The notes under the pieces were generated by a model. That model searched no databases, was not told the origin of the DNA, and saw only the letters and a program-made list of their open reading frames with translations. DNA of 64,000 nt from Candidatus Omnitrophota bacterium (GTDB lineage Bacteria > Omnitrophota > Gorgyraeia > Gorgyraeales > Gorgyraeaceae). This document shows, piece by piece, positions 11,935 to 20,645 of this stretch (its first letter is position 1; each line of letters opens with the position of its first letter). Where the stretch lies: contig JAUSEX010000045.1 of NCBI GenBank assembly GCA_030649895.1, positions 17,875-81,874 on the forward strand, read 5' to 3'. Both the position numbers and the translations under genes were made by a program.

Positions 11935-11975
11935 TCAAGCAATTAGAAAATTAACAATGTCGGTTTTCCAATCGT

Positions 11976-12263
11976 TTACTTGATTATTGCTAAGATGTCT
12001 TCTTCCTTTAATATCAAATACTCTTCTTCCTTATAACTGACTTCTGCGCCTGAATATTTTCCAAAAAGCACAGTATCCCCTTTTTTTACTTCCAAAGGCT
12101 CTACCTTACCGCTTTCCAGCATCTTGCCTTTGCCAACGCTTACAACCTCTCCCTTTTGAGGCTTCTCCTTAGCAGTATCAGGTAAAACAATGCCTCCCTT
12201 TGTTTTTTCCTCTGCTTCCAGCCTTTTTACGAGAACTCTGTCTCCTAAAGGTTGAATTGCCAT
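11976..12263 (-). CDS. groS: Co-chaperonin GroES (Cpn10)
   Basis: [14 protein letters not shown]...[25 protein letters not shown] at 12263 with an AAGGAGG RBS; the track ORF over-extends upstream. Confidence 0.95.
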   Translation of the reverse strand: MAIQPLGDRVLVKRLEAEEKTKGGIVLPDTAKEKPQKGEVVSVGKGKMLESGKVEPLEVKKGDTVLFGKYSGAEVSYKEEEYLILKEEDILAIIK

Positions 12264-12283
12264 GCCACACCTCCTTGTTTTTA

Positions 12284-12310
12284 TCAGCACTCTATCTAGA
12301 GGAGTGCTAG
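12284..12310. promoter_or_regulatory. CIRCE operator (HrcA binding site) upstream of groES
   Basis: TCAGCACTC-N9-GAGTGCTAG against the consensus TTAGCACTC-N9-GAGTGCTAA, placed between the promoter and the groES ATG. Confidence 0.75.
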
Positions 12311-12320
12311 TTATTGGACT

Positions 12321-12348
12321 ATCATACCAAATTTTCTTTTTTTGTCAA
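12321..12348 (-). promoter_or_regulatory. groESL sigma70 promoter
   Basis: On the minus strand: TTGACA (12348..12343), a 16-nt spacer, TATGAT (12326..12321). Confidence 0.7.
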
Positions 12349-12372
12349 GAAAAAAATTGATTATTTTGTGCG

Positions 12373-12439
12373 AAAATAGGGACAGCGACCTATTTTCCTA
12401 TTTAATGCTAGCTAGAAAATAGGTCGCTGTCCCTATTTT
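12373..12439. repeat. Family B hairpin repeat, intergenic (tonB 3' end / upstream of the groES promoter). Likely terminator
   Basis: AAAATAGGGACAGCGACCTATTTT ... AAAATAGGTCGCTGTCCCTATTTT, perfect 24-bp arms. Confidence 0.85.
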
Positions 12440-12458
12440 TCTATTTTCTAAAAATTGA

Positions 12459-13157
12459 TTACTTATTTAATTCAAAGGAAATCACTACATTAAAGGTAAC
12501 TTGATATTGGTTCATACCCTGCGGAAAAGCCGGAAAAGAGCTTGCGTCCCTTATGCTATTTATAGCTATATTTCTTAACAGAGAGTCATCGACTGACCGG
12601 CTGTCAATTACCATTATATGAAGAAGTTCTCCGTTGGAAGCTACTACAAAAGACAGGTAAACCTCTCCCTGGCTCGCGCTCCCTTCTTTTAGATAATTCC
12701 TATCAGCGTAATATCTTATTTTTTCCCTGACTACTCTGTAATAACCTATGTAAGTGGCCTTCTTTCCGGCATCCTTCTCGTCGTTAACAACTGTTTCAAA
12801 TTTCTTGCCTTTGGCGCCTATTAAAGCTCTTGAGCTTGAACTTATAGTTTCAACAGTCGGCTCTTCCTTTTTAACCTGATCCCTTGTTGAAGCAGGCGGC
12901 GGGTTTACTATATCCTCTTTTTTTACCTCGGGCAATGCTTCGGGCGCCTTAGGAGGTAAAACATAGGGCACGCTAACCTCTGGCTTCTGGCCGATAACCT
13001 TTTTAGGTGTTTCTTTAATCTTAAAATACGCCACTTTTATAGGCCTAAGAGGCTCTTCTTTAGACAATACCCCCGTATAGGAAACACTCAGGAATACAGC
13101 AGAATGTAAAAGCATTGAAACCAGAAATGCGAGTTGAAACGATCTACTTCCAGACAT
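12459..13157 (-). CDS. tonB: TonB-family energy transducer (C-terminal TonB domain)
   Basis: An N-terminal TM helix, a Pro-rich spacer (PEVSVPYVLPPKAPEALPEV) and a C-terminal TonB fold (...YLSFVVASNGELLHIMVIDS...VTFNVVISFELN). Confidence 0.7.
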   Translation of the reverse strand: MSGSRSFQLAFLVSMLLHSAVFLSVSYTGVLSKEEPLRPIKVAYFKIKETPKKVIGQKPEVSVPYVLPPKAPEALPEVKKEDIVNPPPASTRDQVKKEEPTVETISSSSRALIGAKGKKFETVVNDEKDAGKKATYIGYYRVVREKIRYYADRNYLKEGSASQGEVYLSFVVASNGELLHIMVIDSRSVDDSLLRNIAINSIRDASSFPAFPQGMNQYQVTFNVVISFELNK

Positions 13158-13202
13158 TTGTATTCATAATAACAACTATGCCGTTTTTTGTCAAACATTA
13201 GA

Positions 13203-13340
13203 ACTTCTCGAGTTTGCTCGCATCATTTGCTCTCATGACCGTTCGAAGAATACTGGAGTAGCGGAGCAAACTTTAGCGAGCTCCGCGCAATACTGTTCAA
13301 GCGAACATCCTGGCCAAATACGCAAGCCCAATCGAGAATA
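13203..13340. repeat. Family A repeat element between the TonB-dependent receptor and tonB
   Basis: ACTTCTCGAG...CTCATGACCGTTCGAAGAATACT...CAATACTGTTCAAGCGAACATCCTGGCC...CAATCGAGAAT. Confidence 0.8.
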
Positions 13341-13341
13341 T

Positions 13342-15369
13342 TTACCATTTATAGATTGCGCCAAGCTCGAAATTCCTCTCGGGCGCAGGGTAGTAAACTT
13401 TCTTAGTTGAAGATGTGCTCTTGGCAACATATTCTGAATATTTCTCATTGAAGATATTGTTAATACCTGTGTAGATTTCCAGAAAATCCTTTTTATAGGA
13501 CAGCTTGCTGTCCAGCACAAAATAGCTTTTAACCTTGGACAGTTCATTATTTGTATCATTTATTGCATAGCGCTCTCCTATAAATCTATTCGTAAGCGAG
13601 ATATCATAATTTTTAATGCCTGCGCTTAATCCGCTATTGTATTCATGCCTCGGGACCATCGGTATGTCTTTATTGCTGTAAGCGCCCCCTCTAAACTTAG
13701 GTTCCGCATAGGTGTAGTTAGTAAAGAATTCCAGTTTATCTAAAAAAGAACTGTCTTTTAATTTTAATAAATCTGCCTTCATGCCAAGCTCTATACCCTT
13801 GCGTCTTGTCTTTGGGTAATTATCGTTGTTGCCAGGAGGTACGGCAGGATTAAGATATATTTCATTTTCTATATCTATCCAGTAAGAGGTCGCGCTGAGA
13901 ATCAGAGTATCATGAAGATTATGCTTAATGCCTATTTCATACTGAATCCCTGTCTGCTGCTTAAGATTTGTATTTAACCCGCCCGTATATGTAGGAGGAA
14001 GCGCAGTGCTGTACCATTCGTCTGTAGCAAGAAATCTGAAAGTTTCCTGCACATCAAAATATATATTAGAGCCCTTAGCGTATTCATATTTCGTCCCCCC
14101 GCTAAATACAGTCTCGCTGGGAGTCCTGGTTTCGTACACAACGCTTGATTGTTTCTGGTCAAACCTGTATTTTGCTCTTTGATGTCTCGCGCCGCCACTT
14201 AAAAATAAATCCTCGAGTATTTCGTATTCTGAATAACTGTAAAAACCAAGTTCTTCCTTATAAATAGTCAAATCGTCTGTATTATTTTCGGAGCCTCTTA
14301 TAGTATGCTTTGTATCATAATAATCAATACCCGTTACTGTGTTAAGTACCTTGTTAGACATATCTTTATTATAAATATTTTTAAGGGTGACGCCCCGGCT
14401 ATCTATCATATATTTTGTACCGGTAGGCCATCCTGCGTTATTAAACCATGAATACGCATACCTGTTTCTATAAGAATAATCTATTGCAAATTTTCCTAAA
14501 TCTGCGCCATAAAACTGCGGTTTCGCGTCCATAGAGAGCTTTATATACCTGTCCTTTGTCGAAGCAGAATCTGAAGCCATAACTGACCCGCGCCTGCCAT
14601 ATGTATCCAACTGTCCCTGGTCATCCAGGCCTCCGGGCATCCCATAGTCATCTTTATGCCAACCCCAGCTTATGCCAAGCGACAGTAAATCCTCAGGGTC
14701 AAAATCAATCCTTGCGTTAATATCCTTTGAAAGCAAAGCGCTATTGGCCCTATAACCTTCTGTCTCGTAATATTTAGAGTAAAGGTAATAAGAAAACTTA
14801 TCATCTGAACCCTGCATCTCGATATCGTTCTGCCTTGCCCTGTAGCTGCCTAACATAGTCCCTATCCTGCCTGAAAATTTCCCCGCGCCTTTTTTTGTTA
14901 TGATATTTATCACTCCGCCCACTGCGTTGTCTCCATACAGAACAGAGCCGGCTCCTCTCAATACCTCTATCCTCTCGATAGACTCCACTGGTATCTGCAG
15001 CCAGTCAGGACCTGACATGTCTATCGAATTTACCTTCCTGCCATCTATAAGCACAAGCACATTATTAACAACCGTATCTGCAAAACCCCTGATATCCACC
15101 TTATTTGTTTTATCGCTAGAGTTGCTATAGACATTTATTCCGGCCTTCTGCCCCAAAACATCTGAAACATTTCTAGCGCCGGAAGATTCGATTTCTCTGG
15201 CCCCGATAACAGTAACGTTTGAAGTAGCTTCGTAATCAGATTGCTCCATCCTCGCAGGCGTAACCACTATCCTTTCCAGGTCAATATTGCCGTCTTCATC
15301 CGTTTCTGCGTAAACAAAACCTGCGCTGAGAATCAGCATCGCTGCTATACCAAACAATATCCTTTTCAT
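13342..15369 (-). CDS. btuB: TonB-dependent outer-membrane receptor, cobalamin type (BtuB-like). Sits downstream of a B12 riboswitch
   Basis: 675 aa. Signal peptide, TonB box DLERIVVTP, a plug and a 22-strand barrel, and a C-terminal aromatic (…LGAIYKW). A cobalamin riboswitch lies in the 5' UTR. Confidence 0.8.
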   Translation of the reverse strand: MKRILFGIAAMLILSAGFVYAETDEDGNIDLERIVVTPARMEQSDYEATSNVTVIGAREIESSGARNVSDVLGQKAGINVYSNSSDKTNKVDIRGFADTVVNNVLVLIDGRKVNSIDMSGPDWLQIPVESIERIEVLRGAGSVLYGDNAVGGVINIITKKGAGKFSGRIGTMLGSYRARQNDIEMQGSDDKFSYYLYSKYYETEGYRANSALLSKDINARIDFDPEDLLSLGISWGWHKDDYGMPGGLDDQGQLDTYGRRGSVMASDSASTKDRYIKLSMDAKPQFYGADLGKFAIDYSYRNRYAYSWFNNAGWPTGTKYMIDSRGVTLKNIYNKDMSNKVLNTVTGIDYYDTKHTIRGSENNTDDLTIYKEELGFYSYSEYEILEDLFLSGGARHQRAKYRFDQKQSSVVYETRTPSETVFSGGTKYEYAKGSNIYFDVQETFRFLATDEWYSTALPPTYTGGLNTNLKQQTGIQYEIGIKHNLHDTLILSATSYWIDIENEIYLNPAVPPGNNDNYPKTRRKGIELGMKADLLKLKDSSFLDKLEFFTNYTYAEPKFRGGAYSNKDIPMVPRHEYNSGLSAGIKNYDISLTNRFIGERYAINDTNNELSKVKSYFVLDSKLSYKKDFLEIYTGINNIFNEKYSEYVAKSTSSTKKVYYPAPERNFELGAIYKW

Positions 15370-15390
15370 TTTTCCTCCTTAAAAGTAAAA

Positions 15391-15414
15391 ACCCTTGACG
15401 CTTTCGCATCAAGG
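15391..15414 (-). terminator. Intrinsic terminator forming the expression platform of the B12 riboswitch
   Basis: On the minus strand CCCTTGATGCGAAAGCGTCAAGGG is followed by UUUUUACUUUU, directly before the AAGGAGG RBS of btuB. Confidence 0.55.
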
Positions 15415-15479
15415 GCTGCACCCTGGTTTACTTGGCCCTTTGCCGTCCATCGCGGCAAAAAAATCTATCAAATATATCG

Positions 15480-15636
15480 TAAGGTTTTCTGGCTCAAGGC
15501 ATGGTTCGACAAGCTCACCACTTTCCTACTTTCCGCGCCTTCTCGTCCGCCCAAGGCGAACAATGGCTTTTTGCAGATTTCGTTCCTTTTACAGCAGCGG
15601 GGCTGCGCTAAATTTACATCAGCTTCCCTTAGACAA
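15480..15636 (-). ncRNA. Cobalamin (AdoCbl) riboswitch
   Basis: The minus-strand sense reads ...AAGGGAAGCUGAUGUAAAUU..CGCAGCCCCGCUGCUGUAAAAGG...GCC...GAGCCAGAAAACCU. This matches the conserved cobalamin riboswitch core (AAGGGAA..GGUG.AA.UCC..GC.G.CCCGC.ACUGUAA..GG and the B12-box ...AGCCAG...ACCUGCC). Context is btuB/btuFCD/cobO. Confidence 0.6.
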
Positions 15637-15645
15637 TATAAAATA

Positions 15646-16250
15646 TTATTCGGTTTTATTTTTTATACAACAATTATTGCTTCGTGTCAATCTTTTATTT
15701 TTAATAATCTTGTACGCGGCCCAAACTAATATACCGAAACCCAATATCAGGAGAGTCGGCTTTGTATATTTCATAAGGCTAAGACCGAACATAGATAAGA
15801 TAAATATCCTGGGAATAACTCCAATAACAGTATATATAACAAATTGAGGCAATGGTATTTTTACAATACCTGCCGCTATTGAAAAAACCTTAAACGGCAC
15901 AACTGGAACAATCCTCCCTATTAAAACGCTGAAAGGACCGTATTTTTTTGCAAACGATTCTGCCCTTTCAATATGATGCGGTTTTATAAAAACAAACTGC
16001 CATATTTAATCATGAGCGGCTTAGCTCCATATTTTCCTATTAGGTACCCTATTATGCCGCCAAACGTTGCTCCAAGAGAACCGAATATCACAATCGACGC
16101 TACAGAAATACCGGCTGCAGCAGCTCCTATTATAATAATCTCTGAGGGTATAGGTACAATGCTTGATTCCAGCAACATGCCTAAAAATACGCCAAAATCT
16201 CCAAAATGATTTATAAACTCCAATATTTTAGTTTGCAGCACGTGTTCCAT
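15646..16250 (-). pseudogene. DedA/TVP38-family membrane protein, interrupted by a single-base frameshift in a T5 run near 15975
   Basis: ORF 15984..16250 is the N-terminal half (...GYLIGKYGAKPLMIKYGSLFL*). ORF 15646..15900 is the C-terminal half. Reading +1 from the TTTTT run gives a continuous ...IKPHHIERAESFAKKYGPFSVLIGRIVPVVPFKVFSIAAG, the DedA core. Either a pseudogene or a homopolymer sequencing error. Confidence 0.6.
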
Positions 16251-17022
16251 TATTTTTCACCAGAAATATATGAGGGCGCGAAGTAAGCGGATTCTCTTTT
16301 ACTATAACAACTGTCTTGTACGCCTCTTCTATTGTTTTATAGTTTAAAACTTCTTTTGGATCGCCTTTGCTTTTTATCATACCATCGCTCAGTAAAATAA
16401 GCTTATCGCAATAATCCGAAGCTAGGTTTAAATCGTGCAATATTGCCACAATTGTCAGGCCTGACTCTTTATTCATTCTCCTCAATAACTCGAATATCTG
16501 AACTTGATGGTTTATATCCAGGTGAGTGGTAGGCTCGTCCAGGAATAAAATCTTTGGCTCTTGCGCAATAGCCTTGGCAATAATCGCCCTCTGCCTTTCG
16601 CCTCCGCTCAACTCATCTATAAACCTGTCTTTCAGATGAAGCGCGTCTACGAATTCCAGCGCCTCCAAAGCAACCCTTAAGTCTTTCCGGGACTCAAAAC
16701 CAAACCTATTTATATAAGGTATGCGGCCCATTAAAACCACGTCTATCACTTTGAACGGAAACATGAATGCGGTATCCTGAGGCACAACAGCCATAATAGT
16801 AGCTAACTCCTTTAAGCTCATACCCGCCAGATTTTTCCCTTCCAGAAACACCTCTCCGCTGAAAGGGCGTATCGCCTTCGTAGCAGCCCTCAGAAGAGTG
16901 GTTTTACCGGAACCGTTAGGCCCTATTATGCCGGCAAAATCGCCTTTTTGGATATTAAACGAAATACCTTTCAATATCTCTGAATTATTATAACCTGCGC
17001 GGACATCTGAAAAAGAAAACAT
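16228..17022 (-). CDS. ABC transporter ATP-binding protein, FecE/BtuD family (iron-siderophore / B12 importer)
   Basis: Walker A GPNGSGKTTLL, signature LSGGERQR and Walker B ILFLDEPT. Start trimmed to MFSFSDVRAG (ATG at 17022, overlapping the permease stop as TAATG). Confidence 0.85.
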   Translation of the reverse strand: MFSFSDVRAGYNNSEILKGISFNIQKGDFAGIIGPNGSGKTTLLRAATKAIRPFSGEVFLEGKNLAGMSLKELATIMAVVPQDTAFMFPFKVIDVVLMGRIPYINRFGFESRKDLRVALEALEFVDALHLKDRFIDELSGGERQRAIIAKAIAQEPKILFLDEPTTHLDINHQVQIFELLRRMNKESGLTIVAILHDLNLASDYCDKLILLSDGMIKSKGDPKEVLNYKTIEEAYKTVVIVKENPLTSRPHIFLVKNNGTRAAN

Positions 17023-18017
17023 TATTTGAAATACGCCTTTCTGGATTTTTTTAACACATAGATAAAAAACGGGACGCCTATAAAAGAGGTTATTACCCCT
17101 ATAGGCACTTCCTTGGGCGCTAATATAGTTTTGGAAAATATATCGCACAATAAAAGAAATATCGAGCCCATTAAAACGCTTGCCGGCAAAAGCAGCCTGT
17201 GATCAGGGCCTGTAAGCCTTCTTGCGATATGAGGCATCATTAAACCTGTAAAACCTATTATCCCGCAGACAGAAACAGCAAGGCTTGTCACAAAAGTCGC
17301 AACCCCCAGAAGTATTATTTTGACTTTTTCTATATCTATGCCAAGATGCCTCGCCTCTTCTTCTCCTAATGATATCGCGTTCAGCTCTCTTGAAAATACG
17401 AACGAAACTAAAAATCCCGCCAGGGAAGCCAGAAACAGCGTCAAGACAGGCGCTATTTTATAGGCCTGCAGATTCCCGAGCAACCACCAGATTACGGAAT
17501 GGATATTTCCGCTGGAAGAATTTGAAATAAGAAACATCAGGATGCTTGAAAGAAACCCGTTAACTACAATACCCGCTATTATCATATTTTCAGATGTCAT
17601 GCGGCCATCTATTTTCGCAAGCTTGTAAACAAGGGCTATTGTAATAACTCCGCCTAAAAACGCCGTAATATTCACGCCTATCCCCAGCGATACAAATAAA
17701 AGCCCGATAACAGCGCCTAATCCCGCGCCAGAAGATACGCCCAGGACATAAGGCTCTGCCAGAGGATTCCTTAGCACGGTCTGCAGTATCACTCCCGCTA
17801 CGCTTAAACCGGCGCCCGCAGCAACTGCCAGCAAAGCCCTCAATAGCCTAAGTTTAAAAATCTCAAAAAATGCCGGCTCAAATATTTTACTTACAGGCAC
17901 CTTAACCGCTCCTATAAAAATATTAAGGATAATAAGCGCCAGCAAGCAAATGACCAGCATAAATAAAAACCGCGCTGCTCTAAATTTACTCATAAAATAT
18001 TTTGTTAAGCATTTCAA
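17022..18017 (-). CDS. FecCD/BtuC-family ABC permease
   Basis: 331 aa with about 9 TM helices and the FecCD motifs ...LTGPDHRLLLPASVLMGSIFLLLCD... Confidence 0.85.
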   Translation of the reverse strand: MKCLTKYFMSKFRAARFLFMLVICLLALIILNIFIGAVKVPVSKIFEPAFFEIFKLRLLRALLAVAAGAGLSVAGVILQTVLRNPLAEPYVLGVSSGAGLGAVIGLLFVSLGIGVNITAFLGGVITIALVYKLAKIDGRMTSENMIIAGIVVNGFLSSILMFLISNSSSGNIHSVIWWLLGNLQAYKIAPVLTLFLASLAGFLVSFVFSRELNAISLGEEEARHLGIDIEKVKIILLGVATFVTSLAVSVCGIIGFTGLMMPHIARRLTGPDHRLLLPASVLMGSIFLLLCDIFSKTILAPKEVPIGVITSFIGVPFFIYVLKKSRKAYFK

Positions 18018-18771
18018 CCGCCTCTATGGCCCTGGGGCCGGGCCTTAAAATTAAATCCGGGTCCAAGTCCCTGTATATCCTCTTGTTTTTTACCGCATTC
18101 ACAGAGCCCGGAAAATTGTTCTTATCCGTAAATCCTATCGCTAAAATTATATCCGGATTCCTGTCTATCAGCGCCTCATAGCTGAAAACGCCTGAATCGT
18201 CTTTTACGTCCTGCGCGATATTTTCCCCGCCTGCCAGCCTTATAATATCGCTTACAAAAGAGGAAACCGTTACGAGCGGGTCATCGAACAATTGGACAAA
18301 GACCTTAGGCGCAGGCCGGATTCTTTTCTGAGAAATGTTTTTGATCCTGGATTGCATATCCCGGAAAATGTTTTCCGCGTCCTGTTCCCTGTCAAAAATA
18401 ACCCCAAGCTGCCTGATATCGCTATGCAGGCCTTCCATCGTGCTCGGGGAAATCTTTATAATCTTTATACCCAGGCTGTTGAGATAATCCTCTCTGGCCT
18501 TGCCCAGTCCCGAATTTACCAGGATATAATCAGGCCTTAATAAAATTATTCTTTCCATGTTTGGGTTATTAAAGGTGCCGAGGCGCTCTATATTCTTTAC
18601 TTGTTCCGGGTAATCTGAAAAATCATCCAGGCCTATAACTGAATCGCCCAGTCCTAAGCTGAACAAGATTTCAGTTGTATTCGGGGCTAGAGAAATTATT
18701 CTCGGAGCTGCCTCTAATCTGCAGGCAAAGGCCAGCAACAAAACTACTACTGCTAAAAATATTTTTCTCAT
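17986..18771 (-). CDS. Periplasmic substrate-binding protein, BtuF/FhuD-like (class III SBP)
   Basis: Signal peptide; ...RIISLAPNTTEILFSLGLGDSVIGLDDFSDYP... is the BtuF-like fold signature. Confidence 0.75.
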   Translation of the reverse strand: MRKIFLAVVVLLLAFACRLEAAPRIISLAPNTTEILFSLGLGDSVIGLDDFSDYPEQVKNIERLGTFNNPNMERIILLRPDYILVNSGLGKAREDYLNSLGIKIIKISPSTMEGLHSDIRQLGVIFDREQDAENIFRDMQSRIKNISQKRIRPAPKVFVQLFDDPLVTVSSFVSDIIRLAGGENIAQDVKDDSGVFSYEALIDRNPDIILAIGFTDKNNFPGSVNAVKNKRIYRDLDPDLILRPGPRAIEAVEMLNKIFYE

Positions 18772-18864
18772 GGGAAACCGTGCCCGATCTACGGACAGGA
18801 ACGGTCAATTGTCCAGCCGCTTGGAAATCGGATCTTGCTGAAGCCGACAAACTGCTTCGCTACG

Positions 18865-19473
18865 CTAATATTCTATCCCTTTTCTCGCATTTACCTGCTG
18901 CCTTAAAGGGTGTTTTTTGTCCACCATTATGGTCACGTAATCCGCGAATTTTTCCAGCTCAGAGATATCGCCCCTGCCGGTCAGCACAAGCTCTATATCT
19001 CCCGGGGCATTTTTAACCAAATCCAAAAATTCTTTTTTTCCGCTAAACCCCTGGTCTATAACATTTATGACCTCATCCAATATAATCATGTCGTATTTGC
19101 CGCCAAAAATAGCCCTCTTTGCATCTGCCATAGCTTTTCCGATAGATTTCTTTATTTTTTCTTTGGTTCTCGACTCGGCCTTCGGCCTCGCTCGAACAAT
19201 ATTCTTCAAGCGAGTCTCTCGGCTTCGCTCGGGATAAACTCCGCGAATAGAGAAGACTTCTTTCTTTTCCATAAACATCGGATGCTCTTGCTCATATTTT
19301 ACCACTTTAATACTCTTTATTTTCTTCGCTGATATTTCTTCTCCACAGACTAACTTTCTGGGTTTTAAAAATTGAAATATAACGACCTTGAGCCCCTGGC
19401 CGCTTGCGCGCATAGCAAGGCCGAAACTCGAAGTAGTCTTCCCTTTGCCATTTCCAGTATAAATATGTATCAT
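18865..19473 (-). CDS. cobO: Cob(I)yrinic acid a,c-diamide / cob(I)alamin adenosyltransferase (CobO/BtuR), carrying a ~35-aa family A insertion
   Basis: MIHIYTGNGKGKTTSSFGLAMRASGQG..VVIFQFLK and C-terminal ...DYVTIMVDKKHPLRQQVNARKGIEY match BtuR. The internal segment EVFSIRGVYPERSRETRLKNIVRARPKAESRTKEKI is the translation of a family A repeat (19167..19255). Confidence 0.85.
   Translation of the reverse strand: MIHIYTGNGKGKTTSSFGLAMRASGQGLKVVIFQFLKPRKLVCGEEISAKKIKSIKVVKYEQEHPMFMEKKEVFSIRGVYPERSRETRLKNIVRARPKAESRTKEKIKKSIGKAMADAKRAIFGGKYDMIILDEVINVIDQGFSGKKEFLDLVKNAPGDIELVLTGRGDISELEKFADYVTIMVDKKHPLRQQVNARKGIEY
19167..19255. repeat. Family A repeat element inserted in-frame inside cobO
   Basis: TTCTCGACTCGGCCTTCGGCCTCGCTCGAACAATATTCTTCAAGCGAG..., within ORF 18865..19473. 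Confidence 0.8.
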
Positions 19474-19476
19474 ATT

Positions 19477-19974
19477 TTACATTAAAGTATTTTTGCCTAA
19501 AAGCGTAAGCGCGGTCACTATAATAGCTGCTATAATAACCCCGAAAGTCACTGCTATAAAAGCCGGGATAAAGCGCATACGTAAAAGCGAGGCGACTATG
19601 GCTCCGGTCCACGCCCCTGTGCCAGGCAAAGGCACTGCCACGAATAACATCAGGCCTATTGTCTCATATTTTTCCACAATACCGGCGTGAGCCTTTGCCC
19701 TTTTAAAAAGCCATTCGAAGAATCCGCGCATAAATCTGGTCTTGCTAAGCTTTTTAGAAATTGGGTTCAATAAAAAATATATAGGGGCTATAGGAAGGAT
19801 ATTCCCTAAAACAGAAAAGAAAAACGTGGCTTTAACGGTTTGCTTTAATACCAGGATTCCTATGGGGATGGATGCCCTCAATTCCGTAACGGGCAGCGCG
19901 CCTAAAAACAATATTACAGCCTTGGGAGAAAACCCAAAAGAAGTAAAAAAATCAAATATTTTTTCCTGAATCAT
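19477..19974 (-). CDS. Small integral membrane protein (4 predicted TM helices), function unknown
   Basis: 165 aa, hydrophobic. Tightly coupled to cobO (3-nt gap) and to the upstream GT2 gene (4-nt overlap). Confidence 0.5.
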   Translation of the reverse strand: MIQEKIFDFFTSFGFSPKAVILFLGALPVTELRASIPIGILVLKQTVKATFFFSVLGNILPIAPIYFLLNPISKKLSKTRFMRGFFEWLFKRAKAHAGIVEKYETIGLMLFVAVPLPGTGAWTGAIVASLLRMRFIPAFIAVTFGVIIAAIIVTALTLLGKNTLM

Positions 19975-20645
19975 TTTCGTGGATATTCGCTAATAATGAA
20001 TCTTACAAATCTCATAGTATCTAAAAAAGGGTTTATCTGGCTGATTTCATTTTCATAGATAGACTCTATATTTACTGAAGACATCTTCAGTCCTCTGCGG
20101 CTGGCCTCCGTAATCATCTCTGATTCGATTTCATATTTTACCGTGTTCAGTTTCATTTTCTCTATGCCTTTTCTGGATATCATCCTGTAGCCGCACTGGG
20201 TATCGTTAATATTTTTGGTTATAATCATAGATACTATAAATGACATGCACACATTCGCGCACCACCTGATAAAAGGCATTTTTTTGGGGTCATGGAGCCT
20301 GTTGCCTAAAACAAGGTCTGCGCCTGATTTTTTGTATTCTTCTATAAATTTATCAACATCTTTAAGGCTGTGCTGACCGTCTCCATCCATTGTAATAACA
20401 GCCTCGCAGTTATTTTCCAGGGCGTATTCCAGGCCTTCGCGTATACAGAGGCCCTTCCCTGTATTCTTTGCGTGTACAATCAGTTCTGCCCCGTATTTAT
20501 TGGCTTCCACCATGGTCTTGTCTTTAGAGCCATCGTCCACCACAATAACTCTAAAACCCCTTTGGCACAGCTGATTGACAATAGGCCCGATAGTCTTGCT
20601 TTCATTATACGCGGGTATTACTATAAAGATATCGGTTTTATTCAT
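19971..20645 (-). CDS. Family 2 glycosyltransferase (DPM1-like polyprenyl-phosphate glycosyltransferase)
   Basis: FIVIPAYNESKTIGPIV...VIVVDDGSKDKT...ITMDGDGQH is the GT2 DxD fold. Confidence 0.8.
   Translation of the reverse strand: MNKTDIFIVIPAYNESKTIGPIVNQLCQRGFRVIVVDDGSKDKTMVEANKYGAELIVHAKNTGKGLCIREGLEYALENNCEAVITMDGDGQHSLKDVDKFIEEYKKSGADLVLGNRLHDPKKMPFIRWCANVCMSFIVSMIITKNINDTQCGYRMISRKGIEKMKLNTVKYEIESEMITEASRRGLKMSSVNIESIYENEISQINPFLDTMRFVRFIISEYPRK

Noticed and set aside
13233-13559. Minus-strand ORF of 108 aa spanning the tonB / receptor junction; similarly 5250..5591, 7257..7580, 7614..7973, 9974..10243, 19307..19612, 48723..48905
   Set aside because: Out-of-frame overlaps of larger genes or read-through of family A repeats (13233..13559 translates repeat 13203..13340). 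No homology signal.
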